From: Alphaproteobacteria bacterium
Lineage (GTDB): Bacteria > Pseudomonadota > Alphaproteobacteria > RF32 > CAG-239
DNA length: 64,000 nt
Assembly: GCA_045637985.1 (NCBI GenBank)
Contig: JAZUAM010000006.1
Location: forward strand, 10,726 to 74,725
Direction of reading: 5' to 3'
In this document: piece after piece, positions 1 through 9,320 of the stretch
Layout: every line of letters begins with the position of its first letter
How positions within the stretch are numbered: the first letter of the stretch is position 1
The notes under the pieces: model-generated
Databases searched by the model: none
What the model was told of the DNA's origin: nothing
What the model saw: the letters and a program-made list of their open reading frames with translations, nothing else
Program-made: the position numbers and the translations under genes

Positions 1-145
1 TACGTTTGCCTTTTTTAAGACAAGAATTAATACGATAATTAATGCCTTTTTGTTGGCATAATTTGATTAGCCATAAAGTTATAAACATTAATCCTAATAC
101 AAAAGTGAGAGCTAAAAAAGCTCCTAAAATTTGTGAAAATTCCAT
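1..145 (-). CDS. Partial small membrane protein (5' end only; gene runs off the left edge)
   Basis: Minus-strand ATG at 145-143, open to position 1: MEFSQILGAFLALTFVLGLMFITLWLIKLCQQKGINYR... One hydrophobic helix followed by basic residues. Not in the ORF track because it is truncated by the window edge. Confidence 0.25.
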   Translation of the reverse strand, partial: MEFSQILGAFLALTFVLGLMFITLWLIKLCQQKGINYRINSCLKKGKR

Positions 146-253
146 CAGATAAAAAGTTCCTTATTGTTTAATTTATGTTGATTATAATGTTTGTTGGCGC
201 AGTTAGTCAATAAAAGCCTTGCCCTTGTTGATATTGTTTGTTAGTCTGATTTC

Positions 254-772
254 ATGAAACAAAAAAAAGAAATAATAAGCGATGAGCGAAAGACCGGTGA
301 TTTGCAAAATATTTGCAATGTACTGGGGGCGATGACCAGAAAAATGCTTGGTAAAAAGGCATTTGCTGAGGCTGATGTTATTTGTAATTGGCGAGATATA
401 GTCGGTGATGATATGGCGGACTATTCTAAGCCACTAAGAATTGAATTCAAAAAAACGGAGCGAAATAACGGAATTTTGGTGATAGAGGTTGCAGGAGGAG
501 CTTTTGCATTGGAAATTCAATTGCGGAGCAAATTGTTGATTGATAAAGTAAATACTTTTTTTGGGTATCAAGCGGTTGAAAAAATTAAAATATTGCAAAA
601 TCCTAATGTATTACAAAAAAGAGATAATGATATCCCAAGCAAGGAAAAAAAGCTTGTAACACAAGAAGAAGAAAATTATATTAAATTACTGAGCGGCGGA
701 GTAAAATCGTCGGGACTTGAACAGGCTTTGCAAAGGCTTGGTCAGGCAATTGTTATTAATAATAAAAAGTGA
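254..772 (+). CDS. DUF721 (DciA-like) domain protein
   Basis: 172 aa. The pattern ...ICNWRDIVGDDMADYSKPLRIEF...GILVIEVAGGAFALEIQLRSKLLIDKVN is typical of the DUF721 family. It sits directly upstream of a DsbA-like gene, as in many alphaproteobacteria. Confidence 0.65.
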   Translation: MKQKKEIISDERKTGDLQNICNVLGAMTRKMLGKKAFAEADVICNWRDIVGDDMADYSKPLRIEFKKTERNNGILVIEVAGGAFALEIQLRSKLLIDKVNTFFGYQAVEKIKILQNPNVLQKRDNDIPSKEKKLVTQEEENYIKLLSGGVKSSGLEQALQRLGQAIVINNKK

Positions 773-1530
773 TTGAAATGTTTGAACAGATTATAAAAAA
801 AGTTAGTTCGATTATTGCCGGAATAGTGGTTTTTTCGATTGCCGGAGGGGTTTATTTATCGAGCAAGGGTTTTGAATGGAACGGTAAGGACGGATTTGTT
901 CTGGTCAGCAAAGCGTATGCTGCGGATGTGCGAGCAGATGAAGATGGTGCCACCAGAAATGTCCCCAATAATTTTGGTTTTCCGAAAGATCATGTGATAG
1001 GGGATGAAAATGCAAAAGTGACATTGTATGAATATTCGTCTTTCGGATGTTTTCATTGTGCGGAGTTCCATTTGACGGTTTTGCCTGAAATAAAAAAACA
1101 TTATATTGATAAAGGATTGTTAAAGGTTGTTTTTGTTCCGATGCCGTTAGATAAAAATTCGATGGATGGGGCGTTGTTGGCAGAATGTGTTGATGGTGAC
1201 AAATACTTCAGTTTTGTTGATGTTTTGTTTAAGAAACAAAGAGATTGGAGTTTGGCATTTAATCCTCAGAAAGTGTTGTTGCAGTATGCTGCTTTGAGCG
1301 GCTTGGGAAATGAAAAAGCTCAAGTTTGTTTGAAAAATGATGTGGTTGCTGCTAGAATTTTGAAAGATAGAAAAGATGGACTTGATATATTAAAAATACA
1401 AGGAACTCCATCATTTTTTGTTTCGTCATCTAAGGGAAATGAAGCAATAGACGGGTTACGTCCCTATGAGGATTTTGCGAGAGTTATTGATAGTCATTTA
1501 GATATTTCTGAAAGTGAAAAAGCTGAATAA
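769..1530 (+). CDS. DsbA-family thiol:disulfide oxidoreductase, membrane-anchored or exported
   Basis: N-terminal hydrophobic helix and a thioredoxin-fold CxxC motif (SSFGCFHCAEFH). GTG start overlaps the upstream stop (GTGA); an alternative ATG lies at 778. Confidence 0.8.
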   Translation: MIEMFEQIIKKVSSIIAGIVVFSIAGGVYLSSKGFEWNGKDGFVLVSKAYAADVRADEDGATRNVPNNFGFPKDHVIGDENAKVTLYEYSSFGCFHCAEFHLTVLPEIKKHYIDKGLLKVVFVPMPLDKNSMDGALLAECVDGDKYFSFVDVLFKKQRDWSLAFNPQKVLLQYAALSGLGNEKAQVCLKNDVVAARILKDRKDGLDILKIQGTPSFFVSSSKGNEAIDGLRPYEDFARVIDSHLDISESEKAE

Positions 1531-1590
1531 GCGAAAAACACTTTTTAATTTTAATAACTGTTTAATAATTATTGGTGTATTGTTTTTCCT

Positions 1591-1887
1591 ATGGAAAAGA
1601 GACCAGACGACATAGAGCTTTTAGAAAAGAAAATAGCTCAGTTACAGCAAGAAAAGTCTTTTGTTACGAAAAAAAAAGACGAGGTTGGGGTTGTTCGGGC
1701 TTCAAGAATCGGTTTTCGAATCGGAGCTGAGCTGGTAGCCGCCGTGTTTGTTGGTGTTGCGTTGGGCTATTTGTTTGATGGAATCTTTGGAACAAAACCT
1801 TGGTTAATGGTTGTGTTTTTGTTTTTTGGCGGTGCTGCCGGTATATTGAATGTGTATCGCTTTGTTAAAAATGAAGACAAGATATAG
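1591..1887 (+). CDS. atpI: ATP synthase protein I (AtpI/AtpZ family)
   Basis: 98 aa with two C-terminal hydrophobic helices, immediately upstream of atpB in the alphaproteobacterial F0 operon arrangement. Confidence 0.6.
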   Translation: MEKRPDDIELLEKKIAQLQQEKSFVTKKKDEVGVVRASRIGFRIGAELVAAVFVGVALGYLFDGIFGTKPWLMVVFLFFGGAAGILNVYRFVKNEDKI

Positions 1888-1904
1888 TTGAGGAGTGTGA
1901 GTCC

Positions 1905-2627
1905 GTGGCAAATCCTATGGAGCAATTTGTAATCAAGCCGATTATTCCGATAGAAGTCGGAGGTGTTGATATATCATTTACTAATTCATCTTTATTTATG
2001 GTATTAGCCGTATTGTTGTCGTCCCTTATTTTGGGGGTGTGTTTGCGCAAACGGACATTGGTACCTAATATGGCACAATCTGTTCCGGAAAGCTTGTATG
2101 AATTTATAGAAGGTCTTTTGCGAGAAAATGTTGGCGCCGAAGGTTTGAGATATTTTCCGTTTATATTTACTGTCTTTTTGTTTGTGGCATTTGGCAATGT
2201 GTTGGGTTTGTTTCCGTATGCGTTTACGTTTACGTCGCATTTGACGGCAGTCGGTAGTTTATCGTTGTTGGCGTTGGCACTTAATATTTTTGTCGGAATA
2301 AAACGTAAAAAGTTGGGATGGATTAGGACTTTTTTGCCTAAAGGAATTCCTGCTGTTATGGCGCCTGTTATTATTCCGATTGAAATTGTTTCATTCTTGT
2401 CCAAGCCGTTTAGTTTGTCGATGCGTTTGGTTGCAAATATGACTGTCGGGCATATTATGTTGAAAATAATAGCAAGTTTTGTTGTGGCGTTGGGAGTTTT
2501 TGGGATTGTTCCGTTGTTGTTTGATTGTGCGATAGTTTGTTTTGAAATTTTTATTTCATTGTTGCAAGCCTTTATATATACGGTGTTAAGTTGTATTTAT
2601 TTGGGTGAAGCAATTCATGAACACTAA
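1905..2627 (+). CDS. atpB: F0F1 ATP synthase subunit a
   Basis: 240 aa polytopic membrane protein with the conserved ...LSLSMRLVANMTVGHIM... arginine-containing helix. GTG start lies 9 nt after GAGGAG. Confidence 0.95.
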   Translation: MANPMEQFVIKPIIPIEVGGVDISFTNSSLFMVLAVLLSSLILGVCLRKRTLVPNMAQSVPESLYEFIEGLLRENVGAEGLRYFPFIFTVFLFVAFGNVLGLFPYAFTFTSHLTAVGSLSLLALALNIFVGIKRKKLGWIRTFLPKGIPAVMAPVIIPIEIVSFLSKPFSLSMRLVANMTVGHIMLKIIASFVVALGVFGIVPLLFDCAIVCFEIFISLLQAFIYTVLSCIYLGEAIHEH

Positions 2628-2673
2628 TTATAATTATGTTGAGAACTTAAAAATTAAATGAAAGGATTAAAAA

Positions 2674-2895
2674 ATGGAACCATTAGCTTATATCGGTGCA
2701 GGTATGTGTGCTTTGTCAATGATGGCAGCAGCTTGGGGGGTGGCTCAAGTATGGACAACAATTATCTCTACAGTGGGGCGCAACCCTCAAGTCAAAAAAG
2801 AAGTTGATATATATGGTTGGGTAGGTTTTGCTGCGGTTGAAGCTGTTGCATTGTATGCGTTGGTTATTGCATTTGTAATGTTGTCTGGTAATTAA
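2674..2895 (+). CDS. atpE: F0F1 ATP synthase subunit c
   Basis: 73 aa two-helix hairpin proteolipid with the RNP loop (GRNPQ) and the carboxylate helix (FAAVEAVALYALVIAF). Confidence 0.95.
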   Translation: MEPLAYIGAGMCALSMMAAAWGVAQVWTTIISTVGRNPQVKKEVDIYGWVGFAAVEAVALYALVIAFVMLSGN

Positions 2896-2994
2896 TAACC
2901 GGTCTTTTGGTTTAGTCTTTCGTATCGGGGGTTGATATGTTTTTTCAATTCCCGATGGCGGAAGGATAGAAATTGTTTTTGGAGCTAAATAAAG

Positions 2995-3486
2995 ATGCCT
3001 CAATTAGATTTTAGTGTTTTTCCATCACAGTTGTTTTGGTTGGTAGTGAATTTTTTTCTGATGTTGTTTATTATGGTTGTTTTTATTATTCCTAAAACAG
3101 CTGAAATGATAAATTTACGTAAACAGAAAATAGAAGGTGATTTGGAAAAAGCTGCCGAAATAAAGCGTAAGGTTGAAAAAACATTAGATAAGTATAATAA
3201 GGCTCTGCAAGAAGCTACTGCAAAGGCAAATGTTTCTTTGGCAAAAACCAGAGATGAACTTAATGAGACAATCAATCGCAGACAAAATGATTTGTCGGCC
3301 AGATTGCAGTCGGAAATAGCAGAAAGTGAGAAAAAAATTGCCGTTGCTAAAAAGAAAGCAATGGATAAATTGGAAGATAGTTCAGCAGAATTAGTGGTTA
3401 ATGTATTGGAAAAACTTGGTTTTGCCGGTATTAAAATTAGTGATGCAAAGGTTGCACTAAAGGCAGTAAAAGAGGAAGATTTATGA
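2995..3486 (+). CDS. F0F1 ATP synthase subunit b'
   Basis: 163 aa with an N-terminal TM helix and a long charged coiled coil. First of two b-type genes after atpE, which is the alphaproteobacterial b'/b arrangement. Confidence 0.85.
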   Translation: MPQLDFSVFPSQLFWLVVNFFLMLFIMVVFIIPKTAEMINLRKQKIEGDLEKAAEIKRKVEKTLDKYNKALQEATAKANVSLAKTRDELNETINRRQNDLSARLQSEIAESEKKIAVAKKKAMDKLEDSSAELVVNVLEKLGFAGIKISDAKVALKAVKEEDL

Positions 3487-4088
3487 CAGATATTATGCCA
3501 AATAAAGAGATTATTGATGCAACACAAGATGCTGTATTGAATGCAGCCAGTAATGTTGTCAGCGCTATTGAAACAACAGCGGGAGAGTTGAGCGGTCATA
3601 ATGAAGCTATATATTTGACTGCGGAATTTTGGGTGGCTATGGCTTTTGTTTTGGCGATTGTTGCTTTAATTCGACCGGTAGGAAAAATGTTTGCAAAAAT
3701 GTTGCGAACAAGAGCTAAAAATATTTCAAAAAAAATAAGTGAAGCGGTTGAATTAAAAGAGGAAGCTCAAAAACTGTTGGCTGAATACGAGCGGAAGTAT
3801 AGAGGAGCTAAAAAAGAAGCTGCAGAAATTGTTGCCAGATCTGAACGAGAAATTGAAATGATTAAAAAAGATACAATTGCTAAGTTGGAAGCGGATATGG
3901 CAATAAAGGAGAGAGAGGCTACGGCAAGGTTGAAAAATGCAGAAAGTGAGGCAACTAAAGAAATTGTTGAAAAAACGACGGATATCACTTTATCTGCAGT
4001 GAAGAAAATATTAAATGACAGTTTGGATGATAAAGCCCTTAGCCAATTAATAGATGTATCTATCGAAAATTTGAAAAAGATGGCCTAG
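3483..4088 (+). CDS. atpF: F0F1 ATP synthase subunit b
   Basis: 201 aa with a TM helix and an A/E/K-rich coiled coil. ATGA overlap with the b' gene. Confidence 0.85.
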   Translation: MTDIMPNKEIIDATQDAVLNAASNVVSAIETTAGELSGHNEAIYLTAEFWVAMAFVLAIVALIRPVGKMFAKMLRTRAKNISKKISEAVELKEEAQKLLAEYERKYRGAKKEAAEIVARSEREIEMIKKDTIAKLEADMAIKEREATARLKNAESEATKEIVEKTTDITLSAVKKILNDSLDDKALSQLIDVSIENLKKMA

Positions 4089-4930
4089 TCATTTTGTGTG
4101 TCGCGGTACGGATGTGCGGCATATGTGCCGAGAATGGTATATTCTTTACTGAAGAAACTTAGTTCGGCTAACGCGTTTTGAAGACGTATATCATCAGGGT
4201 GAGCTTCGACTTCAAGATAAAATTGGGCTGATATAAATTTTCCGTCCAGCAGATAGCTTTCAAGTTTTGTAATATTAAGATTATTTGAAGCGAAACCTCC
4301 CAGAGCTTTGTATAGAGCGGCTGGGATATTTTTTGATTTAAATAAAAGAGAGGTTATGAATTTTTGTCCGTTATTTTGCGGTATTACGGGGGTGGGCGAC
4401 ATTATTAAAAATCTGGTTGTGTTATTGTCGGCGTTTTCTATGTCTGAAGCGAGTATTTTAAGATTGTAGATTTCAGCCGCTTTTTTTGAAGCGATTGCCG
4501 CAATGTCATCCTTTTGAGAAGAGCTTATGATTTGGCATGATATAGCGGTATCACTTTGAGCGATTGGTGCCATGTTGTTATTATGTAAAAAATTGCTACA
4601 TTGAGCCAGTGCTTGGGGGTGTGATAAGACTTTCTTTATTTTTTCAAGAGAGCTTGTCGGACAGCCTATTAACTGATGTTTTATGCGTAAAAAATGTTCT
4701 CCAACTATGTGAAGAGGCGTTTGTGATAATAAAAAATGTACGTCAGCAACACGTCCGGCATTGGAATTTTCAATCGGAATTACGGCGTAATCAGCTGTTG
4801 ATTGTTGAACGGCATTAAAGGCATCCGTAAAATCATTACAAGGTAAATATGTGTCGTTAGGAAAAAGTTCTTGGCAGGCAATGTGTGAGTAAGCTCCAAA
4901 AACACCTTGAAAAGCTATAATTTTAGTCAT
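4085..4930 (-). CDS. pheA: Prephenate dehydratase
   Basis: 281 aa. N-terminus MTKIIAFQGVFGAYSHIAC..., PDT-domain pattern (IPIENSNAGRV; NTTRFL) and a C-terminal ACT-like region. Confidence 0.85.
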   Translation of the reverse strand: MTKIIAFQGVFGAYSHIACQELFPNDTYLPCNDFTDAFNAVQQSTADYAVIPIENSNAGRVADVHFLLSQTPLHIVGEHFLRIKHQLIGCPTSSLEKIKKVLSHPQALAQCSNFLHNNNMAPIAQSDTAISCQIISSSQKDDIAAIASKKAAEIYNLKILASDIENADNNTTRFLIMSPTPVIPQNNGQKFITSLLFKSKNIPAALYKALGGFASNNLNITKLESYLLDGKFISAQFYLEVEAHPDDIRLQNALAELSFFSKEYTILGTYAAHPYRDTQND

Positions 4931-4942
4931 CGTATTATTCTG

Positions 4943-5698
4943 TTATTTTTTTAGTTTATTCCATCCTGATTTACGGGCTGCATTATTTTGTTGTTCTGTT
5001 TGCCAGTTTTTTATAGGCTCATTTTTCTTTTGTTGCAAGGCTTTTTGCTCTTCTGTTTGAGCAACTCCGATAGGAAGAAGTTGATTGAACAGAGCCGGTG
5101 AAGCAAAATCTACTTTGTTTTTGATTAAAGGATCTATAATTGCATCAATGATTTGAGCAGCAGGTTTGGCATTGAATGCAGATATTTTTCCGCCATAAAA
5201 GATAGCCAGAGCATGACAAGGGGATGATAGCAAAACGTCTGTAGAATCAATCCCTCGTATAAAGCGTAACATAATCTGCGGTCGTATTACGCAGTTTTCA
5301 GTAACATCAAACATAATGTTGTCCGGATTCATCATTAATTCAGATTTTATGAGTGTTTGCAAATTTGGGTTTATAACGCCACAGAATCCGACTATCGCCA
5401 TTCCATTGATTGTATATCCGGTATAGTTTTCCGGTTTGTTTGCGATTTGATAACAAAAAACTTGTTCGGAATTAGTTATGTTGTTAAGTGCGGATGAACC
5501 TATTGCCGAAGCAATTTCATCAAGTATAGTATTGTGTTCAGGATTGGGTTCCCAAGTTGGAGATATTGTATCATTTTTATTATTATTGTTGTCGGGGGTT
5601 GTATCTTGAGCAATAGCTGATAAGGTAATAAAAAATGATGCAATTATAATATAGACAGTACGCAACAACATAATCAAAACTCCATATAAGCAGAACAA
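4943..5698 (-). CDS. Hypothetical exported protein
   Basis: ORF with an N-terminal hydrophobic signal-like segment ending ...LSAIAQD. No family recognised. The start may be an internal Met (about 5671). Confidence 0.45.
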   Translation of the reverse strand: MFCLYGVLIMLLRTVYIIIASFFITLSAIAQDTTPDNNNNKNDTISPTWEPNPEHNTILDEIASAIGSSALNNITNSEQVFCYQIANKPENYTGYTINGMAIVGFCGVINPNLQTLIKSELMMNPDNIMFDVTENCVIRPQIMLRFIRGIDSTDVLLSSPCHALAIFYGGKISAFNAKPAAQIIDAIIDPLIKNKVDFASPALFNQLLPIGVAQTEEQKALQQKKNEPIKNWQTEQQNNAARKSGWNKLKK

Positions 5699-5760
5699 AC
5701 TTATTTTATATTATATTATCAGTTTGTTTTTTTCCAAGAATATAAACAAGATAATAACAT

Positions 5761-5786
5761 AAAAAAACCTCCGTTTTTACGGAGGT
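5761..5786 (-). terminator. Rho-independent terminator downstream of rpmJ
   Basis: ACCTCCG (5767-5773) / CGGAGGT (5780-5786) stem with a 6-nt loop. On the minus strand it is followed by a T run (A run at 5761-5766 on plus). Confidence 0.7.
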
Positions 5787-5814
5787 TGAAAATGGTTTTA
5801 AGCAAACAACCGAA

Positions 5815-5940
5815 TTAACCCTGACGAGCTTTCAATTTAGGGTTCTTTTTGTTAATTACATAAACACGGCCTTTGCGACGGACGATTTGGCAGTCCTTAT
5901 CACGAACCTTTTTGCTTTTTAATGAACTGTAAATCTTCAT
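5815..5940 (-). CDS. rpmJ: 50S ribosomal protein L36
   Basis: Within ORF 5815-6003 the internal Met gives the 41-aa protein [41 protein letters not shown], the canonical L36 length and pattern. Confidence 0.9.
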   Translation of the reverse strand: MKIYSSLKSKKVRDKDCQIVRRKGRVYVINKKNPKLKARQG

Positions 5941-6095
5941 TTCTCTAAATCCTTCATACTTAAAAGTTGAGTGCAACCTAGTATAAATAATTTGGCTTGT
6001 CAAGAAGATATTTTTAATTCTTGGTAAAAAAATAACTTATATTTTGCTTTTTGTCGGATGATTTGATAAACTCCAGATAAATAAAAGGAGAAAAA

Positions 6096-6683
6096 ATGTT
6101 CAGGTTGTTATTGTTTTTTGTTATTTGTTGGTGTGCGACTCCTGCCAAGGCGCAAATGGCATATGAGGACGAAGCGAGAGCTTTGGGGGCTGTAGCAGGA
6201 CAGGGGTTGGCGTGCGGTTCAGCAAAATATGATACGTTTGAGTTGTTGGCACGAGCAATTATTTTGACAAAATCTCCCAATGATGCATTGCAAGATAAAG
6301 CGTTGAAAATATTTACAGAAGAAAAAGCAGATGTGTTTGTGGCAAAGCAATTGGATAATTTTGCCGGTTGTGATAGAATAGTTGATGTTTTTGATGCTCA
6401 GGATATTTTTAAGGCGACTCTTTATGGGGATGGCACAATTAAGATGCCGGATGGTAAAATATTAACTCCGAGGAATCCTTACGATGCATCAATGATATAT
6501 GATAAAAATTCAAATGTCAGACAAAGAGCTTCATCGATTTATCGGAAAGATAAATCAAAAATAAAGAAAGTAGAATTTAAAGATGCATCGATGGAGGCCG
6601 GAAATCAAATTAAACCATTAAGTTCTTCCGGCGGAGTTCAGAAGATTCTTAGTATGCCGGGGCGTATTTCGAGGAAGAAATAA
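6096..6683 (+). CDS. Hypothetical exported protein
   Basis: Signal-peptide-like N-terminus MFRLLLFFVICWCATPAKAQ. GGAG-type RBS (AAAAGGAGAAAAA) upstream. No family recognised. Confidence 0.5.
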   Translation: MFRLLLFFVICWCATPAKAQMAYEDEARALGAVAGQGLACGSAKYDTFELLARAIILTKSPNDALQDKALKIFTEEKADVFVAKQLDNFAGCDRIVDVFDAQDIFKATLYGDGTIKMPDGKILTPRNPYDASMIYDKNSNVRQRASSIYRKDKSKIKKVEFKDASMEAGNQIKPLSSSGGVQKILSMPGRISRKK

Positions 6684-6755
6684 AAAGTTATTGCTTTTGG
6701 TTAAACTTGCTTTTATATTCGGGGCAAGTTTAATTTTTTATGGAGTTTAGTAGGA

Positions 6756-8438
6756 ATGGCTGCTGTTCAATATGTTTTTGTTATGCAGAATTTAACAAAA
6801 GTGTTTCCCGGTGGAAAAGAGTTGTTTAAGGGAATTACTTTGTCATTTTTGCCTGGGGCTAAAATAGGAGTGTTGGGTGTTAACGGTGCCGGTAAATCAA
6901 CTTTGTTAAAAATTATGGCCGGAGTTGATAAAGAATTTAACGGTGAAGCTTGGGCCGCAGAAGGAGTTAAAGTGGGTTATTTAGAACAAGAACCTAAGCT
7001 TGATCCGACAAAAAATGTTATGGAAAATATTATGGACGGTCTTGGTGAAACCAGAGATTTATTGAAAGAATTTGAAGAAGTATCCATGAAGTTTGCCGAG
7101 CCGATGACGGATGATGAAATGAATGCATTGATTGAGCGTCAGGCAGAGTTGCAAGAGAGAATAGATGCTTGTAATGGTTGGGATTTGGAACGTACAATAG
7201 AGATTGCAATGGATGCTCTTCGTTGTCCTCCGTCGGATGCGGATGTTACTAAATTATCCGGTGGTGAAAAACGTCGTGTAGCATTGTGCCGCTTGTTGTT
7301 GCAACAACCGGATATGCTTTTGTTGGATGAGCCTACTAACCATTTGGATGCCGAATCGGTAGCTTGGTTGGAGCGTCACTTGAAAGATTATAAAGGTACT
7401 GTAGTTATGGTTACCCATGATCGCTATTTCTTGGATAATGTTACCGGTTGGATTTTGGAATTGGATAGAGGACAAGGAATCCCCTATGAAGGTAATTATT
7501 CTTCATGGTTGGAACAAAAGCAGAAACGTCTTGAGCAAGAAGCTAGAGAAGAAACAGCTCGTCAAAAAGTTTTGGCTAATGAGTTGGAGTGGATTCAAAA
7601 GAATCCTAAAGCTCGTCAAGCTAAATCCAAAGCTCGTATTAATGCTTACGATGAATTGTTGGCGCAATCAACTAAAGATAAGATTACAACAGCAAATATT
7701 CATATTCCTATGACAGAAAGACTTGGTGATTTGGTTATTGAGGCTAATAATATATCTAAGGCTTATGGAGATAGAGTCTTAATTGATAATTTGTCTTTTA
7801 AAATTCCTAAGGGTGCGATTGTGGGAATTATCGGTCCTAATGGTGCCGGTAAAACAACGTTGTTTAGAATGATTACCGGACAAGAAAAGCCGGATTCAGG
7901 AGAGATAAGATTAGGTGAAACGGTTGATTTAGGGTATGTTGATCAATCTCGTGATGAATTGTCTGCAGATAAAAACGTCTGGGAAGAAATTTCTGACGGT
8001 TTGGATATGATTAAACTTGGCAAGGGAGAAGTTCCTTCTCGCGCCTATGTCGGTCAGTTTAATTTCAAAGGTAGTGATCAACAAAAGAAAGTTGGGCAAC
8101 TTTCCGGTGGTGAACGTAATCGTGTTCATTTGGCTAAAATGCTTAAAAAAGGCGCTAATGTAATATTGCTCGATGAGCCAACAAACGATTTGGATGTTGA
8201 TACGCTTCGTTCATTAGAAGAAGGCATTATGCAATATCCAGGGTGTGTGCTTGTAACTTCGCACGATCGTTGGTTTTTGGATAGATTAGCCACCCATATT
8301 TTGGCATACGAAGATGAGGGGCATGTAGAGTGGTTTGAAGGCAACTTTGAGGAATATGAGAAGGATAAAGTCCGTCGTCTCGGTGAAGATGCTCTGAAAC
8401 CTCATAGAAGTAAGCACAAAACTCTTACTCGTCAGTAA
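6756..8438 (+). CDS. ettA: Energy-dependent translational throttle protein EttA (ABC-F ATPase)
   Basis: 560 aa with two ABC cassettes ([12 protein letters not shown] / [11 protein letters not shown] / [11 protein letters not shown], then [12 protein letters not shown] / [11 protein letters not shown] / [11 protein letters not shown]) and an EttA-like N-terminus ([17 protein letters not shown]). Confidence 0.92.
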   Translation: MAAVQYVFVMQNLTKVFPGGKELFKGITLSFLPGAKIGVLGVNGAGKSTLLKIMAGVDKEFNGEAWAAEGVKVGYLEQEPKLDPTKNVMENIMDGLGETRDLLKEFEEVSMKFAEPMTDDEMNALIERQAELQERIDACNGWDLERTIEIAMDALRCPPSDADVTKLSGGEKRRVALCRLLLQQPDMLLLDEPTNHLDAESVAWLERHLKDYKGTVVMVTHDRYFLDNVTGWILELDRGQGIPYEGNYSSWLEQKQKRLEQEAREETARQKVLANELEWIQKNPKARQAKSKARINAYDELLAQSTKDKITTANIHIPMTERLGDLVIEANNISKAYGDRVLIDNLSFKIPKGAIVGIIGPNGAGKTTLFRMITGQEKPDSGEIRLGETVDLGYVDQSRDELSADKNVWEEISDGLDMIKLGKGEVPSRAYVGQFNFKGSDQQKKVGQLSGGERNRVHLAKMLKKGANVILLDEPTNDLDVDTLRSLEEGIMQYPGCVLVTSHDRWFLDRLATHILAYEDEGHVEWFEGNFEEYEKDKVRRLGEDALKPHRSKHKTLTRQ

Positions 8439-8464
8439 AAAAACAACTTTTTTGTTAAACAGTA

Positions 8465-8493
8465 TTGCAAGAAGGAAGAAGATGTGATATAGT
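8465..8493 (+). promoter_or_regulatory. Sigma70-like promoter candidate for the ankyrin-like gene pair
   Basis: TTGCAA (8465-8470), 17-nt spacer, TATAGT (8488-8493), about 35 nt upstream of the ATG at 8529. Confidence 0.45.
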
Positions 8494-8528
8494 CAGTGGT
8501 ATAAACAAATACAATTATAACTAAGACT

Positions 8529-8879
8529 ATGAAGAATTTAGCTAAAAGAATTTCTCGCGTGAAGGATAGTATCGAGAGAATTATTGCGGTAAAGAGATTT
8601 GAGAAAGCACTGTTGAATAATGACATCCATACTATTATCGAGTATGTTAACAGCGGAGGTGATGTCAATGTTCCCGTAACGCTTAGAGAAGAGTATGAGG
8701 GATGTCTGTTGACAACAAGATGTCGTCCTTTGGATATTGCAAGACACAGGAATGAGGATATTGCTCATTTTCTTGCGGAGAAAGGAGCTCTTACTCAAAT
8801 AGATTTTGAGAATTTAGAGAGAGAGCGAATTAGGAAGTGCATTGAAGAGACCAAGTCAGTTGGGGGGGCAGGCGTTTAA
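8529..8879 (+). CDS. Small ankyrin-repeat-like protein, paralog A
   Basis: 116 aa. ALLNNDIHTIIEYVNSGGDVN...RPLDIARHRNEDIAHFLAEKGA fits ANK half-repeat patterns (xxLLxxGADVN; TPLxxAxxxxxxxxxxxLxxxGA). It ends 11 nt after a G7 tract. Confidence 0.55.
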   Translation: MKNLAKRISRVKDSIERIIAVKRFEKALLNNDIHTIIEYVNSGGDVNVPVTLREEYEGCLLTTRCRPLDIARHRNEDIAHFLAEKGALTQIDFENLERERIRKCIEETKSVGGAGV

Positions 8880-9213
8880 AAAAGCTTTATACGACCTTGA
8901 TGTGGACGTAATTCTTGATTACATTAAGCAAGGTGGGGACATTAATATCGAAATAGTAGAGGATACATTGGATTGGGATGGTTCGATTCCAATGTATGGT
9001 ACTAGAACGGTACGTCCTTTAGACGTTGTGAAGCGTAAAAGTGAAGAATTAGCTCGCTTTTTTGAGGAGCGAGGAGCTTTTTCTCAGTCTTATTATGTTG
9101 AAATGAGACGTAAAGAGCGTAAGGAGGATGAAAAGAGGCGTGAGACTGCAAAAAAAGTTGCAGATGACAAATTACAAGAGGAAATTCGGAAAAAGATTGC
9201 TGATTTCAAATAA
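8842..9213 (+). CDS. Small ankyrin-repeat-like protein, paralog B (or the 3' half of a frameshifted two-repeat gene)
   Basis: ALYDLDVDVILDYIKQGGDIN...RPLDVVKRKSEELARFFEERGA aligns collinearly with paralog A. The only start available is TTG at 8842 (AGGAAG 4 nt upstream), and it overlaps ORF A by 38 nt. Confidence 0.45.
   Translation: MKRPSQLGGQAFKKALYDLDVDVILDYIKQGGDINIEIVEDTLDWDGSIPMYGTRTVRPLDVVKRKSEELARFFEERGAFSQSYYVEMRRKERKEDEKRRETAKKVADDKLQEEIRKKIADFK
8862..8868 (+). repeat. G7 homopolymer at the frame junction of the two ankyrin-like ORFs
   Basis: GGGGGGG read directly at 8862-8868. Deleting one G fuses frame 0 (ORF A) to frame +1 (ORF B). Confidence 0.9.
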
Positions 9214-9240
9214 TTGTAATTTTTGAAAGGGTGTAAAAAA

Positions 9241-9276
9241 AGGTTTGAGTTTAAGGAAAACTCAGACCTTTTTTGG
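9241..9276 (+). terminator. Rho-independent terminator after the ankyrin-like pair
   Basis: AGGTTTGAG (9241-9249) pairs with CTCAGACCT (9261-9269) with one G-U pair, followed by TTTTTT. Confidence 0.65.
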
Positions 9277-9290
9277 TTTTAGGTGATAAT

Positions 9291-9320
9291 TGCAATTTAG
9301 TTGTTCAAAAACATAATATT
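9291..9320 (+). promoter_or_regulatory. Sigma70-like promoter candidate for ppdK
   Basis: TTGCAA (9291-9296), 18-nt spacer, TAATAT (9315-9320). This would give a leader of roughly 115 nt before the ATG at 9444. Confidence 0.3.

Noticed and set aside
1865-3599. Minus-strand ORFs of 179, 78, 95 and 199 aa opposite atpB, atpE and the b' gene
   Set aside because: They are antisense to well-supported ATP synthase genes and show no independent coding signal.
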